Positions 49,152-59,999 of a stretch of DNA of 64,000 bases are shown here, in pieces. The notes beneath the pieces are model-generated. The model ran no database searches. It worked only from the letters and a program-made list of their open reading frames with translations, and was not told the DNA's origin. The position numbers and the translations under genes were made by a program. This DNA comes from an uncultured Candidatus Thioglobus sp. (lineage in GTDB: Bacteria; Pseudomonadota; Gammaproteobacteria; PS1; Pseudothioglobaceae): the NCBI GenBank assembly GCA_905612405.1, contig CAJQRX010000012.1, positions 29,351 through 93,350 of the forward strand, written 5' to 3'. How positions within the stretch are numbered: the first letter of the stretch is position 1; each line of letters starts with the position of its first letter.

Positions 49152-49645
49152 TATTAGATATTTTAAAGTATCCTGATCAACGCTTAAGGACTGTTGCAAA
49201 AGAGGTTGATATTGTTAATACTGAGATCAAGAAACAAGTCATAGATATGTTTGAAACTATGTATGATGCTCCTGGAATAGGCTTAGCTGCAACTCAAGTA
49301 AATTTTCATCAACGTATCATAGTCATTGATATTTCGACTGATTGTAACCAACCGCTATGTCTAATAAATCCAAAAATAATTGAAAAAAATGGAGAAATTG
49401 AATGGGAGGAAGGATGCCTTTCAGTTCCAAATTATTATGAAAGTGTTAAAAGAGCCAATGAGATAAAAGTTAGTGCGCTTAATGAGCTTGGTCAGCTAAG
49501 TGAAATTAATGCAAGTGAAATGCTGGCAGTTTGCATACAACATGAAATGGACCACTTAAATGGCATATTATTTGTAGATCATTTGTCCAAGTTGAAACAA
49601 AAACGTCTAAAAAAGAAAGCAGAAAAAAATACCTTAAAATTTTAA
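49148..49645 (+). CDS. def: Peptide deformylase
   Basis: GIGLAATQ, EGCLS, QHEMDHLNG. Confidence 0.97.
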   Translation: MILDILKYPDQRLRTVAKEVDIVNTEIKKQVIDMFETMYDAPGIGLAATQVNFHQRIIVIDISTDCNQPLCLINPKIIEKNGEIEWEEGCLSVPNYYESVKRANEIKVSALNELGQLSEINASEMLAVCIQHEMDHLNGILFVDHLSKLKQKRLKKKAEKNTLKF

Positions 49646-49649
49646 TTTT

Positions 49650-50618
49650 ATGAATATTGGCCCTTACTCTCTTCCATCTCAAGTTTTACTTGCGCCAATG
49701 GCAGGTACAAGTGATAAACCCTTCAGAATGATATGCAGAGCACAGGGTGCTGGCCTAACAACTTCTGAGATGGTTGTGATGCAGCACCATCTTCTTAATT
49801 CAAATAAATCGAAACATCGTCTAGACTTTACGTCAGAAAAATCTCCTATTAGTATTCAAATAGCAGGTTCAGAGGCTGAAGAATTAGCTGAATCAGCCAG
49901 AAAAGCTGTTGATTTTGGAGCAGATATCATAGATATCAATATGGGCTGTCCTGCAAAAAAGGTCTGCAATAAAGCTGCTGGTTCAGCCTTAATGCAAAAT
50001 GAAAAACTTGTCGAAGACATTATTAAATCTGTCGTTAATGCGGTTGATATTCCTGTTACTCTTAAAATGCGAACAGGATGGAATGATGAAAATAAAAATG
50101 CCCCTGTTATTGCAAAAATTGCTGAAGATTTTGGCATACAAATGCTGGCAATTCATGGCAGAACTAGGTCTCAAAAATATAATGGTGAAGCAGAATTTGA
50201 TACAGTTAAAAAAATTACCAAGATGGTATCAATTCCTGTTGTTGCAAACGGTGATATCATCTCTCCAGAAAAAGCTAAAGATATATTAGAATTCACTGGT
50301 GCAGATGCAGTTATGCTTGGTCGAGCAACCCAAGGAAATCCTTGGCTTGTTGGTCAGGTGAACCATTTCTTAAAAACTGGAAACAAAGCAGAAGAGACCT
50401 CTTTAGATAAAAAAATCCCACTTATCTTAAGTCATATTCTTCAAATTCATGAGTTTTATGGACATAAAATGGGTACACAGCTATCCAGGAAGCATATTTT
50501 TTGGTATTCTATGCACCTTGACCAAGAAAAAGCAACAGCATTTTGGCCAAACATTAATAGAGTGATTGATCACTCTGAACAATATTCAATTTTTCATGAT
50601 TTTTTGTATTCAATATGA
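49650..50618 (+). CDS. dusB: tRNA dihydrouridine synthase B
   Basis: LAPMAG, DINMGCPAKKV, HGRTR, ANGDI; upstream of fis. Confidence 0.94.
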   Translation: MNIGPYSLPSQVLLAPMAGTSDKPFRMICRAQGAGLTTSEMVVMQHHLLNSNKSKHRLDFTSEKSPISIQIAGSEAEELAESARKAVDFGADIIDINMGCPAKKVCNKAAGSALMQNEKLVEDIIKSVVNAVDIPVTLKMRTGWNDENKNAPVIAKIAEDFGIQMLAIHGRTRSQKYNGEAEFDTVKKITKMVSIPVVANGDIISPEKAKDILEFTGADAVMLGRATQGNPWLVGQVNHFLKTGNKAEETSLDKKIPLILSHILQIHEFYGHKMGTQLSRKHIFWYSMHLDQEKATAFWPNINRVIDHSEQYSIFHDFLYSI

Positions 50619-50845
50619 CACAAAGGGGTTTACAGGATTGTATCAAAGATAATCTCGAGAAGTACTTCGCAGATTTGAATGGTGAAACATCAAATGGAGT
50701 TTTTAAGATGGTTACCCAGCAAACAGAGTCAGCTACTATTAAGTTTGTTCTAGATAAAGTCAATCAAAATCAAAGTGAAGCTGCCAGAATTCTTGGTATA
50801 AATAGAGCAACCCTAAAGAAAAAAGTAAGTCTTTATAACTTGTAA
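50615..50845 (+). CDS. fis: Fis DNA-binding protein
   Basis: [22 protein letters not shown]; dusB-fis-purH context. Confidence 0.9.
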   Translation: MTQRGLQDCIKDNLEKYFADLNGETSNGVFKMVTQQTESATIKFVLDKVNQNQSEAARILGINRATLKKKVSLYNL

Positions 50846-50892
50846 GAGTTTATGATCGGTCCCTTAAAATATCTACATTCGAATCCTTAAAC

Positions 50893-52434
50893 ATGGCCAT
50901 TAAGCGAGCTTTAATTAGCGTTTCTGATAAAACTGGAGTCATTGAATTTGCTCTAGGCATTTCTTCACTAGATATTGAAATTATTTCCACCGGTGGAACT
51001 GCAAAACTTCTAAGAGATAATAATATCACTGTAATTGAAGTATCTGACTACACAGGCTATCCAGAAATGATGTCGGGTCGAGTTAAGACCCTCAACCCCA
51101 TGATACATGGTGGAATTTTGGCTCGAAGAGGTAAAGATGATGAGGTAATGTCAGAAAATAATATCAGTCCAATTGACTTAGTTGTCGTAAATTTATACCC
51201 GTTTCAACAAACTATTTCAAACCCAAATTGTACCCATGAAGATGCAATTGAAAATATTGATATTGGTGGGCCTGCAATGCTTCGCTCCAGTGCCAAAAAT
51301 CATGAATCAGTAACTGTTATAGTCGATAGCTCCGATTATCAATTAATTTTAAATGAATTAAATAAAAATGGGAATACTACATTTGAAACCAGAAAAGCTC
51401 TTGCTCTCAAAACCTTTGAACACACTGCAAAATATGATGGGGCTATAGCAAATTATTTAGGTCGTGAAAAAGATGGATTTTCAAATACCTTAAATTTGCA
51501 ATATATAAAATCACAAACAATGCGCTATGGAGAAAACCCTCATCAAAATGCTGCGTTCTACAAGGAAGCTAATCTTGCTGAGGCTTCTGTTTCTTCCAGC
51601 AACCAAATTCAAGGAAAACCTCTTTCCTTTAATAATCTGGCAGATGCTGATGCAGCATTAGAGTGCGTTCGAGATTTTGAAGAGCCGAGCTGCGTTATTA
51701 TTAAACATGCTAATCCATGCGGAGTAGCAACAAGAGAAAATATTCACTCGGCTTATCTTAGCGCCTATCAAACAGATCCAACATCTGCATTTGGTGGAAT
51801 TATTGCGTTTAATCGTGAGCTAAATGAAGAGACTGCTCAATCTATTACTAAGCAACAATTTGTTGAAGTAATAATAGCTCCAAAAATCAGCTCTAAAGCC
51901 AAATCCATACTATCTAAAAAAGAAAACATTAGAGTTCTTGAGTGTGGTGATCTTCAAAAGGCTAAACAATCTTTTGACTATAAGAAAATATCAGGAGGCC
52001 TTCTTATTCAGGATAAAGATTTGGCAACTTTGAAATCTTCTGACCTTAAATGCGTATCTTTAATTCAGCCCACTAGCCTGCAAATGCTTGATTTATTATT
52101 TGCGTGGAAAGTTGCTAAGTATGTAAAGTCTAATGCCATTGTTTTCGCAAAGAATCAAATGACTATCGGTATTGGAGCAGGACAGATGTCAAGAATCTAC
52201 TCTGCCAAAATTGCTGGAATTAAAGCTGCAGATGAAAACCTTGAAGTTATAGGCTCAGTAATGGCATCAGACGCTTTTTTTCCTTTCCGTGATGGCATTG
52301 ACGCTGCTGCAGAAGCTGGTATTAGTGCAATTATTCATCCAGGTGGCTCATTAAGAGATGATGAGGTTATAACTGCTGCTAATGAACATGGTATAGCGAT
52401 GGTATTTACTGGCATTCGTCACTTTAAACATTAA
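50893..52434 (+). CDS. purH: AICAR transformylase/IMP cyclohydrolase
   Basis: [43 protein letters not shown]. Confidence 0.97.
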   Translation: MAIKRALISVSDKTGVIEFALGISSLDIEIISTGGTAKLLRDNNITVIEVSDYTGYPEMMSGRVKTLNPMIHGGILARRGKDDEVMSENNISPIDLVVVNLYPFQQTISNPNCTHEDAIENIDIGGPAMLRSSAKNHESVTVIVDSSDYQLILNELNKNGNTTFETRKALALKTFEHTAKYDGAIANYLGREKDGFSNTLNLQYIKSQTMRYGENPHQNAAFYKEANLAEASVSSSNQIQGKPLSFNNLADADAALECVRDFEEPSCVIIKHANPCGVATRENIHSAYLSAYQTDPTSAFGGIIAFNRELNEETAQSITKQQFVEVIIAPKISSKAKSILSKKENIRVLECGDLQKAKQSFDYKKISGGLLIQDKDLATLKSSDLKCVSLIQPTSLQMLDLLFAWKVAKYVKSNAIVFAKNQMTIGIGAGQMSRIYSAKIAGIKAADENLEVIGSVMASDAFFPFRDGIDAAAEAGISAIIHPGGSLRDDEVITAANEHGIAMVFTGIRHFKH

Positions 52435-52454
52435 AACAAACTAGGAAAGCAATT

Positions 52455-52805
52455 ATGATTAAGACTACAGGTGAGCTAATCACCAAAGCTCAAAATAAAA
52501 TCAATTGTGTTGATGTAATTTCAGCTAAAACTTTATATGATGAAGCTAATCATGCTGTAATTATTGATGTCAGAGAATCAAGTAGTTATGAGAATTCACA
52601 TCTCAAAGAATCTATTAATATTCCAAGAGGTCTATTAGAAATGAAGATTGAAAAGCATTGTGAAAATTCTGAAATTATCATTTTGACACACTGTGCTGGA
52701 GGTGGACGCGCTTCATTGGCAGCTTTGACACTTCACAATATGGGCTATTCGAATGTTCACGCCATTACTGCAACTTTTGACGAGATAAAGGATGTGTTTG
52801 ACTGA
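52455..52805 (+). CDS. Single-domain rhodanese/sulfurtransferase
   Basis: IDVRE, IPRGLLE, CAGGGRASLAA. Confidence 0.88.
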   Translation: MIKTTGELITKAQNKINCVDVISAKTLYDEANHAVIIDVRESSSYENSHLKESINIPRGLLEMKIEKHCENSEIIILTHCAGGGRASLAALTLHNMGYSNVHAITATFDEIKDVFD

Positions 52806-52854
52806 ATGAATTCTTATCTATAAAAATATACCAATTAAACGTACGCTTAAATAT

Positions 52855-53619
52855 TTAGTACCTTAGTGATAAGCAGCTCAATCCTCCATCAAGCTTTTTA
52901 TATTCTGAAACATCTACCTCAAGTATCTTGAATCCTGCATTACAAATTTTTGCCTTTGCTAAAGGGTAGCCCAGTGGGATGATTACAGTATCATTTACCC
53001 ATATACAATTTGCAGCATAACTCTCTTCAACTGGAATTTCAATAAAGTCATACTGCGCAAAAATTGGGTCATTGATAAATTCACCACAAATAATTAACTT
53101 GTTATTCTCGAGATAAGAAAGGCCAGTCTTGAGGTGAAGGACATCGTTTAACTCTACGGTTGACCCCGTTAAACCATATTTTTTCAGTAACGTGATTGTT
53201 TGCTTAGCACCATGAATGTTAGTTCGATCTGATAAACCAATATAATAGTGACTTCCCACCATCATAATATCTCCAGCTTCTATTGTTCCTGGTGCCTCAA
53301 TATATTCAATATTCATAAATTCTGTTTTTAATACAGAATCTATTTGACTCACCTCATTTCTTCTAGTTGGAGCTCCTGGGCGAGTAATTATTACGCACTT
53401 TGGAGTTACTAGAGCGACGTCTTCAATAAATGTTGAGTCAGGATATTCTTCACAAGGCTCAAGTATTTTAACTTTAAGACCACATAATTTTAGGGCCTCT
53501 ATATAAGACTCATGCTGAATAATAGCTTTATCATAATTTGGTAATCCTAGATCCTTTGAATCGCTTAATCCACTAATGAGACTCTTTCCAGGAACTCTAA
53601 CAATCGCATTAGAAAACAT
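52855..53619 (-). CDS. Dimethylarginine dimethylaminohydrolase family
   Basis: PDSTFIED, RPGAPTRRNE, EAGD, HLKTG, DGGLSCLSLR. Confidence 0.88.
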   Translation of the reverse strand: MFSNAIVRVPGKSLISGLSDSKDLGLPNYDKAIIQHESYIEALKLCGLKVKILEPCEEYPDSTFIEDVALVTPKCVIITRPGAPTRRNEVSQIDSVLKTEFMNIEYIEAPGTIEAGDIMMVGSHYYIGLSDRTNIHGAKQTITLLKKYGLTGSTVELNDVLHLKTGLSYLENNKLIICGEFINDPIFAQYDFIEIPVEESYAANCIWVNDTVIIPLGYPLAKAKICNAGFKILEVDVSEYKKLDGGLSCLSLRY

Positions 53620-53646
53620 AATTTAAACCTTAAAATAAAAAATTAC

Positions 53647-54825
53647 TTACTTGAGAATGCCTTGGACCAGCTGAACCCAGTAGCTACTTCCAAGAGGAAG
53701 AATCTCATCATTAAAATCATACTCTGTATTATGAAGCATACAGCCACCTTCAGGGCCATTCTCAGGAACCAGTCCATTACCGATCCAGATATAAGCGCCC
53801 TCTGAGGCATTCAACAAAAAAGAAAAATCTTCAGAGCCCATACTTGGCTGCTCATTTCTCAAAACATTATTACTTCCTACAATCTCTGCTGCAGCAGTTG
53901 CACAAAGCTCAGCATGTTTTGGAGTATTAACTGTTGCTGGATAATTTGGCGTTGAACTGAAAGTTGCTGTCGCACCCATTGAGTGACTTATGCCTTCAAC
54001 AATTTTTTTAATTTTTGCCTTTACTTCATTTCCTACATCTGTTGAAAAGTATCTTAAAGAGCCAGTTAAGTTCATGTCATTTGGAATAACATTAGAGACG
54101 AAGCCTGCATCAACCATTGTAATACTTACGACAGCAGAATCTAGAGGTGCAACATTTCTTGAAACTACACTTTGAAGCGCAGTAATAATTTGAGCCCCAA
54201 TTACCACAGGGTCAACGCACTGATCTGGCATTGCTGCATGACCACCTTTGCCTTTGATAGAAATTTTAAGTGTTTCATTAGCAGCCATCACAGCTGCATC
54301 ATGAACTGCAAATTGTCCTTCAGCCATACCTGGCCAGTTATGCATTCCATAAACAGCTTCACATGGAAACTTTTCAAATATACCCTCTTCAACCATCACA
54401 CGGCCACCACCGCCGCCTTCTTCAGCTGGTTGAAAAATAAAATGAACTGTTCCTGAAAAATTATTATTTTCTTTTAAGTGAACTGCAGCCCCAAGTAACA
54501 TTGTTGAGTGTCCATCATGTCCGCAAGCATGCATTTTGCCATCATGAACTGATTTATGACTAAAATCATTTTTTTCCTGAATAGGAAGAGCATCCATATC
54601 TGCTCGAAGACCAATAACGCGTCCTTCTTTTTTTCCATGAATAGTAGCTACTATTCCTGTAACTGCCAGGCCACGATGCATTTCAATGTCATTGGCCTCT
54701 AGAACTGAAGCTATATAATCACTAGTGAGCTCTTCCTTAAAGCTAAGCTCTGGATGTTTATGAATATGATGACGCCACGTCACCATATTTTTATGTAACT
54801 CTGATTGGTGTTTAATAATAGACAT
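53647..54825 (-). CDS. M20 family amidohydrolase (hippurate hydrolase-like)
   Basis: HPELSF, RADMDALP, MHACGHDGH, FQPAEE, HNWPG, GSEDF. Confidence 0.9.
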   Translation of the reverse strand: MSIIKHQSELHKNMVTWRHHIHKHPELSFKEELTSDYIASVLEANDIEMHRGLAVTGIVATIHGKKEGRVIGLRADMDALPIQEKNDFSHKSVHDGKMHACGHDGHSTMLLGAAVHLKENNNFSGTVHFIFQPAEEGGGGGRVMVEEGIFEKFPCEAVYGMHNWPGMAEGQFAVHDAAVMAANETLKISIKGKGGHAAMPDQCVDPVVIGAQIITALQSVVSRNVAPLDSAVVSITMVDAGFVSNVIPNDMNLTGSLRYFSTDVGNEVKAKIKKIVEGISHSMGATATFSSTPNYPATVNTPKHAELCATAAAEIVGSNNVLRNEQPSMGSEDFSFLLNASEGAYIWIGNGLVPENGPEGGCMLHNTEYDFNDEILPLGSSYWVQLVQGILK

Positions 54826-54831
54826 GCTTTA

Positions 54832-57357
54832 TTAGCTCCTTAGACACTCATTCGTTGAGTCAAAAGGTGACTCTTCTATCACTATAGCTTTATATTTTTC
54901 GCCCAATATTTCAATTTCAAGCTCTGTTCCAAGTACTGAAAGCTCAAGCCTTACAAGCCCTAATGCAAGTGACTTATCACAGCGCCATCCAAATCCTCCA
55001 GATGTAGCCCTTCCAACAATCTTACCATCTTTATAGATTGCCTCTGAGCCACGGGCATCAGCATCAACAACTCCTAAAACCTCCAGAGTGACAAATCCAT
55101 TAATAGGGCCACGATCCTGCCACTCTTTAAGAGCAGATTTACCTATAAAGTCATTTTCTTTATCAAGCTTTACAAAGCGATCAAGGCCAGACTCAAAGGC
55201 AGAGTATTCAATTGACATCTCTCTTGGAATTAATCGGTAAGATTTTTCAAGACGCATGCTATCCATTGCACGAATACCAAATGGTTTAATGTCAAACTCA
55301 GCTCCAGCCTCCATAAGTTGGTCAAATATATAATTCTGCATCTCAATTGGATGATGAAGTTCCCAGCCCAGCTCACCAACAAAGTTAACTCTAAGCGCTT
55401 GAGCCGATGCATAGCCTACATTAATTTTTTTACCTGTTAACCACTTAAAGTTATCATTTGATAAATCAGTATCAGTTAGCTTTTGAAGGACATCACGAGA
55501 CCTTGGGCCAGCTAAAACAAGAACGCCAGTTTGTGTTGTAACTCGCTGGATATTGACACTTCCATCTTTTGGTGCAAGCTTAAAAAGATAGTCATGATCG
55601 TGAGTTTCAAATGCACCTGCTGAAACTAAATAATAACTTTGAGGACCAGTTTTATAGACTGTAAATTCTGCTCTTACCCCACCATTTAAAGATAGCATAT
55701 GAACTAGACTAATTCTGCCTATAGCTTTAGGCATCTTATTTGCAAAAATATATTCTAGCCATTCCTCAGCACCAGGACCTTTAACTACACATTTTGCAAA
55801 AGCAGACATATCTAATAGTCCAACTTTATCATTAACATGTTTGCATTCATTTCCCACATGTTCAAAATAATTAGAACGCCTAAATGAATTTTTTTCTACA
55901 ATTCGCCCATCCTCTAAAGCTGTTGCATGGTTTTTATTCATCAATACTTTTGTTGGATCTTCTTGATTTAACTCCTCTGCAGTGAGAGAATAATCAGCGC
56001 TAGGCATGAACCAATTTGGACGCTCCCATCCATAGACTGTTCCAAATACTGCCCCTAAAGCTTTCATACGGTCATAGCAAGGCGCAGTTTTTAACGGCCT
56101 AGCACCACTTCTCTCTTCATCAGGATAGTGAGTTGTAAAAACATTTGCATAAGCCTCTTCATTTTTTTCTTTCAAATATCCGCGAGTCGCATAAGGACCA
56201 AAACGACGAGGATCTACGCCCATCATGTCAACTGTAGGCTCTCCATCCACAATCCATTCAGCCAACTGCCAGCCAGCTCCTCCGGCCGCAGTTATTCCAA
56301 AGCTATGACCTTCATTTAGCCAAAAGTTTTTTAACCCTGGAGCAGGACCAACAATTGGATTTCCATCAGGAGTGTATGCAATTGCGCCGTTATAAATATC
56401 CTTAATTCCTACTTCTCCAAAAGCAGGAACACGGTTTATACAGCGGTCAATATGTGGCATTATGCGATCAAGCTCACCATTAAATAACTCATATTGACAG
56501 TCATCTTTAGGGCCATCAACATAACATACAGGCGCACCTTTTTCATAGATTCCTAAAATCATCCCGCCAGCCTCTTCACGCAAATAATAGGCTGCATCAG
56601 ATTCTCGTAGAACAGGCATTTCAGGGAGTCCTTGTTTTTTTCTTTCTAAAATTTCTGGATGAGGCTCTGTTACCAAAAACTGATGCTCAACAGGAATTAC
56701 TGGCACATCTAAACCTACCATTTCACCAGTTTTCCTGGCAAAACTTCCTGTACAAGATACAACATGCTCACAAGCAATATCACCTTTATCAGTGGATACA
56801 ATCCAGCTCTGGTCTTTTTGTTGCGTAATTCCTTCTACAAGTGTGTGCTCATAAATCTCAGCACCACGATTTCTAGCACCTTTACATAATGCTTGAGTTA
56901 AGTCTGCTGGCTGTATATATCCATCATCAGGGTGCTGAATAGCGCCCAACAATCCTTCCGTATTACATAAAGGCCAAACTTCTTTAATTTCTTCTGGCGT
57001 TAAAAAATTTACAGTTACGCCCACTGTGCTTCCAACACCAGCATAATATTTATACTCATCCATTCGGTCTTGACAATTTGCAAGGCGGACATTTGAAACA
57101 ACACTAAAGCCAACATTCATTCCAGTCTCTTTTTCTAATTCATGATAGAAATCTACTGAATACTGATGTAATTTTCCTACTGAATAACTCATATTAAAGA
57201 GAGGCAATAAACCAGCTGCATGCCATGTTGAGCCAGAAGTTAAATCTTTGCGCTCAACTAACACAACATCAGTCCACCCTTTTTTTGCTAAATGATATAA
57301 AGTTCCTGCACCAACAACTCCACCTCCGATAACTACTACTTGTGCTTTATTTTTCAT
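54832..57357 (-). CDS. FAD-dependent oxidoreductase with GcvT domain (dimethylglycine/sarcosine dehydrogenase family)
   Basis: GGGVVG, TSGSTWHAAG, YTPDG.P, GWERPNWF, GELGWELH, RLEKSY. Confidence 0.9.
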   Translation of the reverse strand: MKNKAQVVVIGGGVVGAGTLYHLAKKGWTDVVLVERKDLTSGSTWHAAGLLPLFNMSYSVGKLHQYSVDFYHELEKETGMNVGFSVVSNVRLANCQDRMDEYKYYAGVGSTVGVTVNFLTPEEIKEVWPLCNTEGLLGAIQHPDDGYIQPADLTQALCKGARNRGAEIYEHTLVEGITQQKDQSWIVSTDKGDIACEHVVSCTGSFARKTGEMVGLDVPVIPVEHQFLVTEPHPEILERKKQGLPEMPVLRESDAAYYLREEAGGMILGIYEKGAPVCYVDGPKDDCQYELFNGELDRIMPHIDRCINRVPAFGEVGIKDIYNGAIAYTPDGNPIVGPAPGLKNFWLNEGHSFGITAAGGAGWQLAEWIVDGEPTVDMMGVDPRRFGPYATRGYLKEKNEEAYANVFTTHYPDEERSGARPLKTAPCYDRMKALGAVFGTVYGWERPNWFMPSADYSLTAEELNQEDPTKVLMNKNHATALEDGRIVEKNSFRRSNYFEHVGNECKHVNDKVGLLDMSAFAKCVVKGPGAEEWLEYIFANKMPKAIGRISLVHMLSLNGGVRAEFTVYKTGPQSYYLVSAGAFETHDHDYLFKLAPKDGSVNIQRVTTQTGVLVLAGPRSRDVLQKLTDTDLSNDNFKWLTGKKINVGYASAQALRVNFVGELGWELHHPIEMQNYIFDQLMEAGAEFDIKPFGIRAMDSMRLEKSYRLIPREMSIEYSAFESGLDRFVKLDKENDFIGKSALKEWQDRGPINGFVTLEVLGVVDADARGSEAIYKDGKIVGRATSGGFGWRCDKSLALGLVRLELSVLGTELEIEILGEKYKAIVIEESPFDSTNECLRS

Positions 57358-57492
57358 TAAATCTCCAATGCAAACTCATATCAAAAAAAATGAATTATAT
57401 ACCTAAATTATAGCAATTACATCTATTAGTTAATGGTAGAATTTTCCAAAATTTATTCAGGCTATAATTTACTACATTTTTTGGAGAATTAC

Positions 57493-57792
57493 ATGAATTT
57501 AACTATAAAGAAGTGGCGCGATATACCAACAATGGTTATGATTAAAAAAAGCAGAAGAGAAGTTGAAAAAGTTCAACTAGATAATCGCTTTATGGAAGCT
57601 GTTGACTCTGCAGCGTCGGTTGCAGATGCAACAGATGCTGATTCATATCTTACTGATTGGAATGATGAAATAATTGAAATAGCTGATGGTGACCTAAGAG
57701 AGCCAGTAGAAAAGAAAGCGGCAGAACTAGAAATAGAATTTTCTAGTGAGGTGCTTCTTTCTTTCGTCAATAATGGTGGCTACAAACCTTAA
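57493..57792 (+). CDS. Virulence-factor family (PF13769-like) small protein
   Basis: WRDIP..V, RFMEAVD.AA...D.YL..W; GGAG RBS before ATG 57493. Confidence 0.7.
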   Translation: MNLTIKKWRDIPTMVMIKKSRREVEKVQLDNRFMEAVDSAASVADATDADSYLTDWNDEIIEIADGDLREPVEKKAAELEIEFSSEVLLSFVNNGGYKP

Positions 57793-58916
57793 GTAGTATA
57801 TCTGCCATGTAAAAACTTTAAGGTCTCTCGAACCTTTACCTCCTTTAAGAGGTAGCTAATAATATTATTAGAAGATTCTAAACGCTCAGCATAATCTAGT
57901 TCTGCTGGTTTTTGAGAGGCCTTACTGCTAAAAACAACTGAAATAGTTGCCCAATGTCTACTGAGCTTATAAAAACCAAGCTTCTCCTCAAGTTGAGCCA
58001 ATTTATCACTTAAATATACATCGTCATTAAGTAATAATCGCTTTGAGTCAATATGAACCACTCCATCTACGTGGCTTGCAGCTTTATGCTCTAATGCAAA
58101 TTCAATCAAAACCATGCTTTCACGATGAGCAATAGCAACAACCTCTTGCTCGGAAGAATTATTATGATGAATGACTGTTCCCACAGCATCATTAAATGTA
58201 TTTTTAGCAACAATTGGTGTTTTAGATTTAAGCGATGCTTTGATTGCCCTTGGATGAATTACCCTTGAACCCTCATCTGCCATTGCTAGCATTTGTTCAA
58301 CACTAATTGACTCAAGATATCTTGAATTTTCTACCTGTCTTGGGTCACAATTTGCAATACCATCAACATCTGAGAATATTTCTACTTTTTCTGCCCCTAA
58401 CGCAGAAGCTAGAGCAACTGCAGAAGTATCACTACCACCGCGACCAAGAGTGCGAATATCTCCTCTATCATTAACGCCTTGAAAGCCAGCGACAACTGCA
58501 ATACTTCCATTATCAAGAGCTTCTTCAATGCGTGAAGGATCGATATCAATTATCTCAGCATTTCCAGCATTATCATCAGTCAGAATACCCGACTGACGGC
58601 CATTAAATGAAATAGCAGGAATTCCGTTATGACTTAGAAGGTGGGAAAAGAAAGCTGAGCTAAGAGTTTCACCCACACTCATTACAAGATCAAGCTCTCT
58701 TGGATTAATATTGTGGCCAATGTCTTTTAATAAAGCAATTAAAGTATCAGTTGCATAAGGCTCACCCTTCCTGCCCATAGCAGAAACAACAACTACAATT
58801 CTTTCTCCACTCTCAGCATATCGTTTAATATGTTTTACGGCATGCGCACGGCAATCTTCGTCTCTAAGACTAGTTCCACCAAACTTCATTACGATAGGGG
58901 CTAAACTTTTTGCCAT
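57789..58916 (-). CDS. Aspartate kinase (DapG/AK-I-like)
   Basis: KFGGTSL, VVSAMGRKGEPYATDTL, AGFQG, TLGRGGSDTSA, DPR; start set to ATG 58916. Confidence 0.88.
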   Translation of the reverse strand: MAKSLAPIVMKFGGTSLRDEDCRAHAVKHIKRYAESGERIVVVVSAMGRKGEPYATDTLIALLKDIGHNINPRELDLVMSVGETLSSAFFSHLLSHNGIPAISFNGRQSGILTDDNAGNAEIIDIDPSRIEEALDNGSIAVVAGFQGVNDRGDIRTLGRGGSDTSAVALASALGAEKVEIFSDVDGIANCDPRQVENSRYLESISVEQMLAMADEGSRVIHPRAIKASLKSKTPIVAKNTFNDAVGTVIHHNNSSEQEVVAIAHRESMVLIEFALEHKAASHVDGVVHIDSKRLLLNDDVYLSDKLAQLEEKLGFYKLSRHWATISVVFSSKASQKPAELDYAERLESSNNIISYLLKEVKVRETLKFLHGRYTT

Positions 58917-59020
58917 TACAATCTTCAAAAAAAGAGTGAATTATAGCTTGTGGCTTACAACATAGCAAATTAGCGCTTCATACTTATCCAGCAAATTAAC
59001 TAAACGTGAACGTTGAAATA

Positions 59021-59608
59021 TTAAATGCCAAATGTTTGTTTCATTCCGTCAAGGATTAAGTCTACAGAAACTAACATCAATAAAATTCCCATTAGACGCT
59101 CAACTGCAAGTAAAGCCCTCTCTCCAAGCTTGCGTCCTAAAGTTTCTGAAGAAATTAGAATTACGCCTGCGATAAACCATGCTGCAAATACTGCTAGTGC
59201 CCATTCAGGCCATCTTGTTGGCTCTTGAGCCATTAATAATATAACAGCAGCGATTGCTGATGGACCTGCAATTAGAGGAACTGCTAATGGAACCACAAGT
59301 GGCTCATGAACCTCATCATGAATGACCATAGCATTAACGCCAGGAAATATCATCTTGATTGCAATCAAGAACAGCATAATACCGCCAGCAATTCCTAGAG
59401 AAGATTCTGCAATTTGAAGAGATTGCAATATATATCTTCCAATAAATAAAAAAAACAGCAAGATAAATAAAGCAATTAACAACTCTCTAATAATAATTTT
59501 TCTTCGTCTTTCAACTGGAACATTTTTAAGAACACTTAAAAAAACTGGCACATTTCCAATTGGATCCATAATTATGACTAATAAAAAAATAGCAGATATA
59601 AGGGTCAC
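59021..59608 (-). CDS. MarC family integral membrane protein
   Basis: MDPIGNVPVF, VPLAVPLIAGP, ERLMGILL. Confidence 0.9.
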   Translation of the reverse strand: MTLISAIFLLVIIMDPIGNVPVFLSVLKNVPVERRRKIIIRELLIALFILLFFLFIGRYILQSLQIAESSLGIAGGIMLFLIAIKMIFPGVNAMVIHDEVHEPLVVPLAVPLIAGPSAIAAVILLMAQEPTRWPEWALAVFAAWFIAGVILISSETLGRKLGERALLAVERLMGILLMLVSVDLILDGMKQTFGI

Positions 59609-59716
59609 TTTAAAAACCTATTAGTTAGATACAAAGGAGGTGCATTGTATATGAGTTGTAACTTCAATGCTGCATATAAATTTGAGTAAGATTTATTATT
59701 AAAAGAAGAATATGTA

Positions 59717-59745
59717 TTGCAATTAAATTAGCTACAGGTGATAAT
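59717..59745 (+). promoter_or_regulatory. Sigma70 promoter of 6S RNA
   Basis: TTGCAA-17 nt-GATAAT, about 6 nt upstream of the RNA. Confidence 0.65.
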
Positions 59746-59750
59746 TAATT

Positions 59751-59922
59751 ATCTGTTGTGTTCGTGCTTTGATTTATTTCCCTGAGCCGATTAAGTATAG
59801 AAAAGGAGATGAGATTGGTTGCTATTGTGTAAGCCCACCTTGAAGTGGGAAACCTGCGGTAAACATCGAACTTCCGCCTTGAACCAGAAAGGTTCAGGAC
59901 AATTCAACACGGCACAATGGAC
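59751..59922 (+). ncRNA. ssrS: 6S RNA
   Basis: CCCTGAGCCGAT and CCTTGAACC..GGTTCA segments typical of gammaproteobacterial 6S; complementary ends; directly upstream of ygfA; ends approximate. Confidence 0.88.
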
Positions 59923-59999
59923 CTATCTCAAGAATATTTAACGAAACTGTGTTGCATTATTCTACTAATTAAACAGCTTTTCTCTTAAAATCTTCATTA

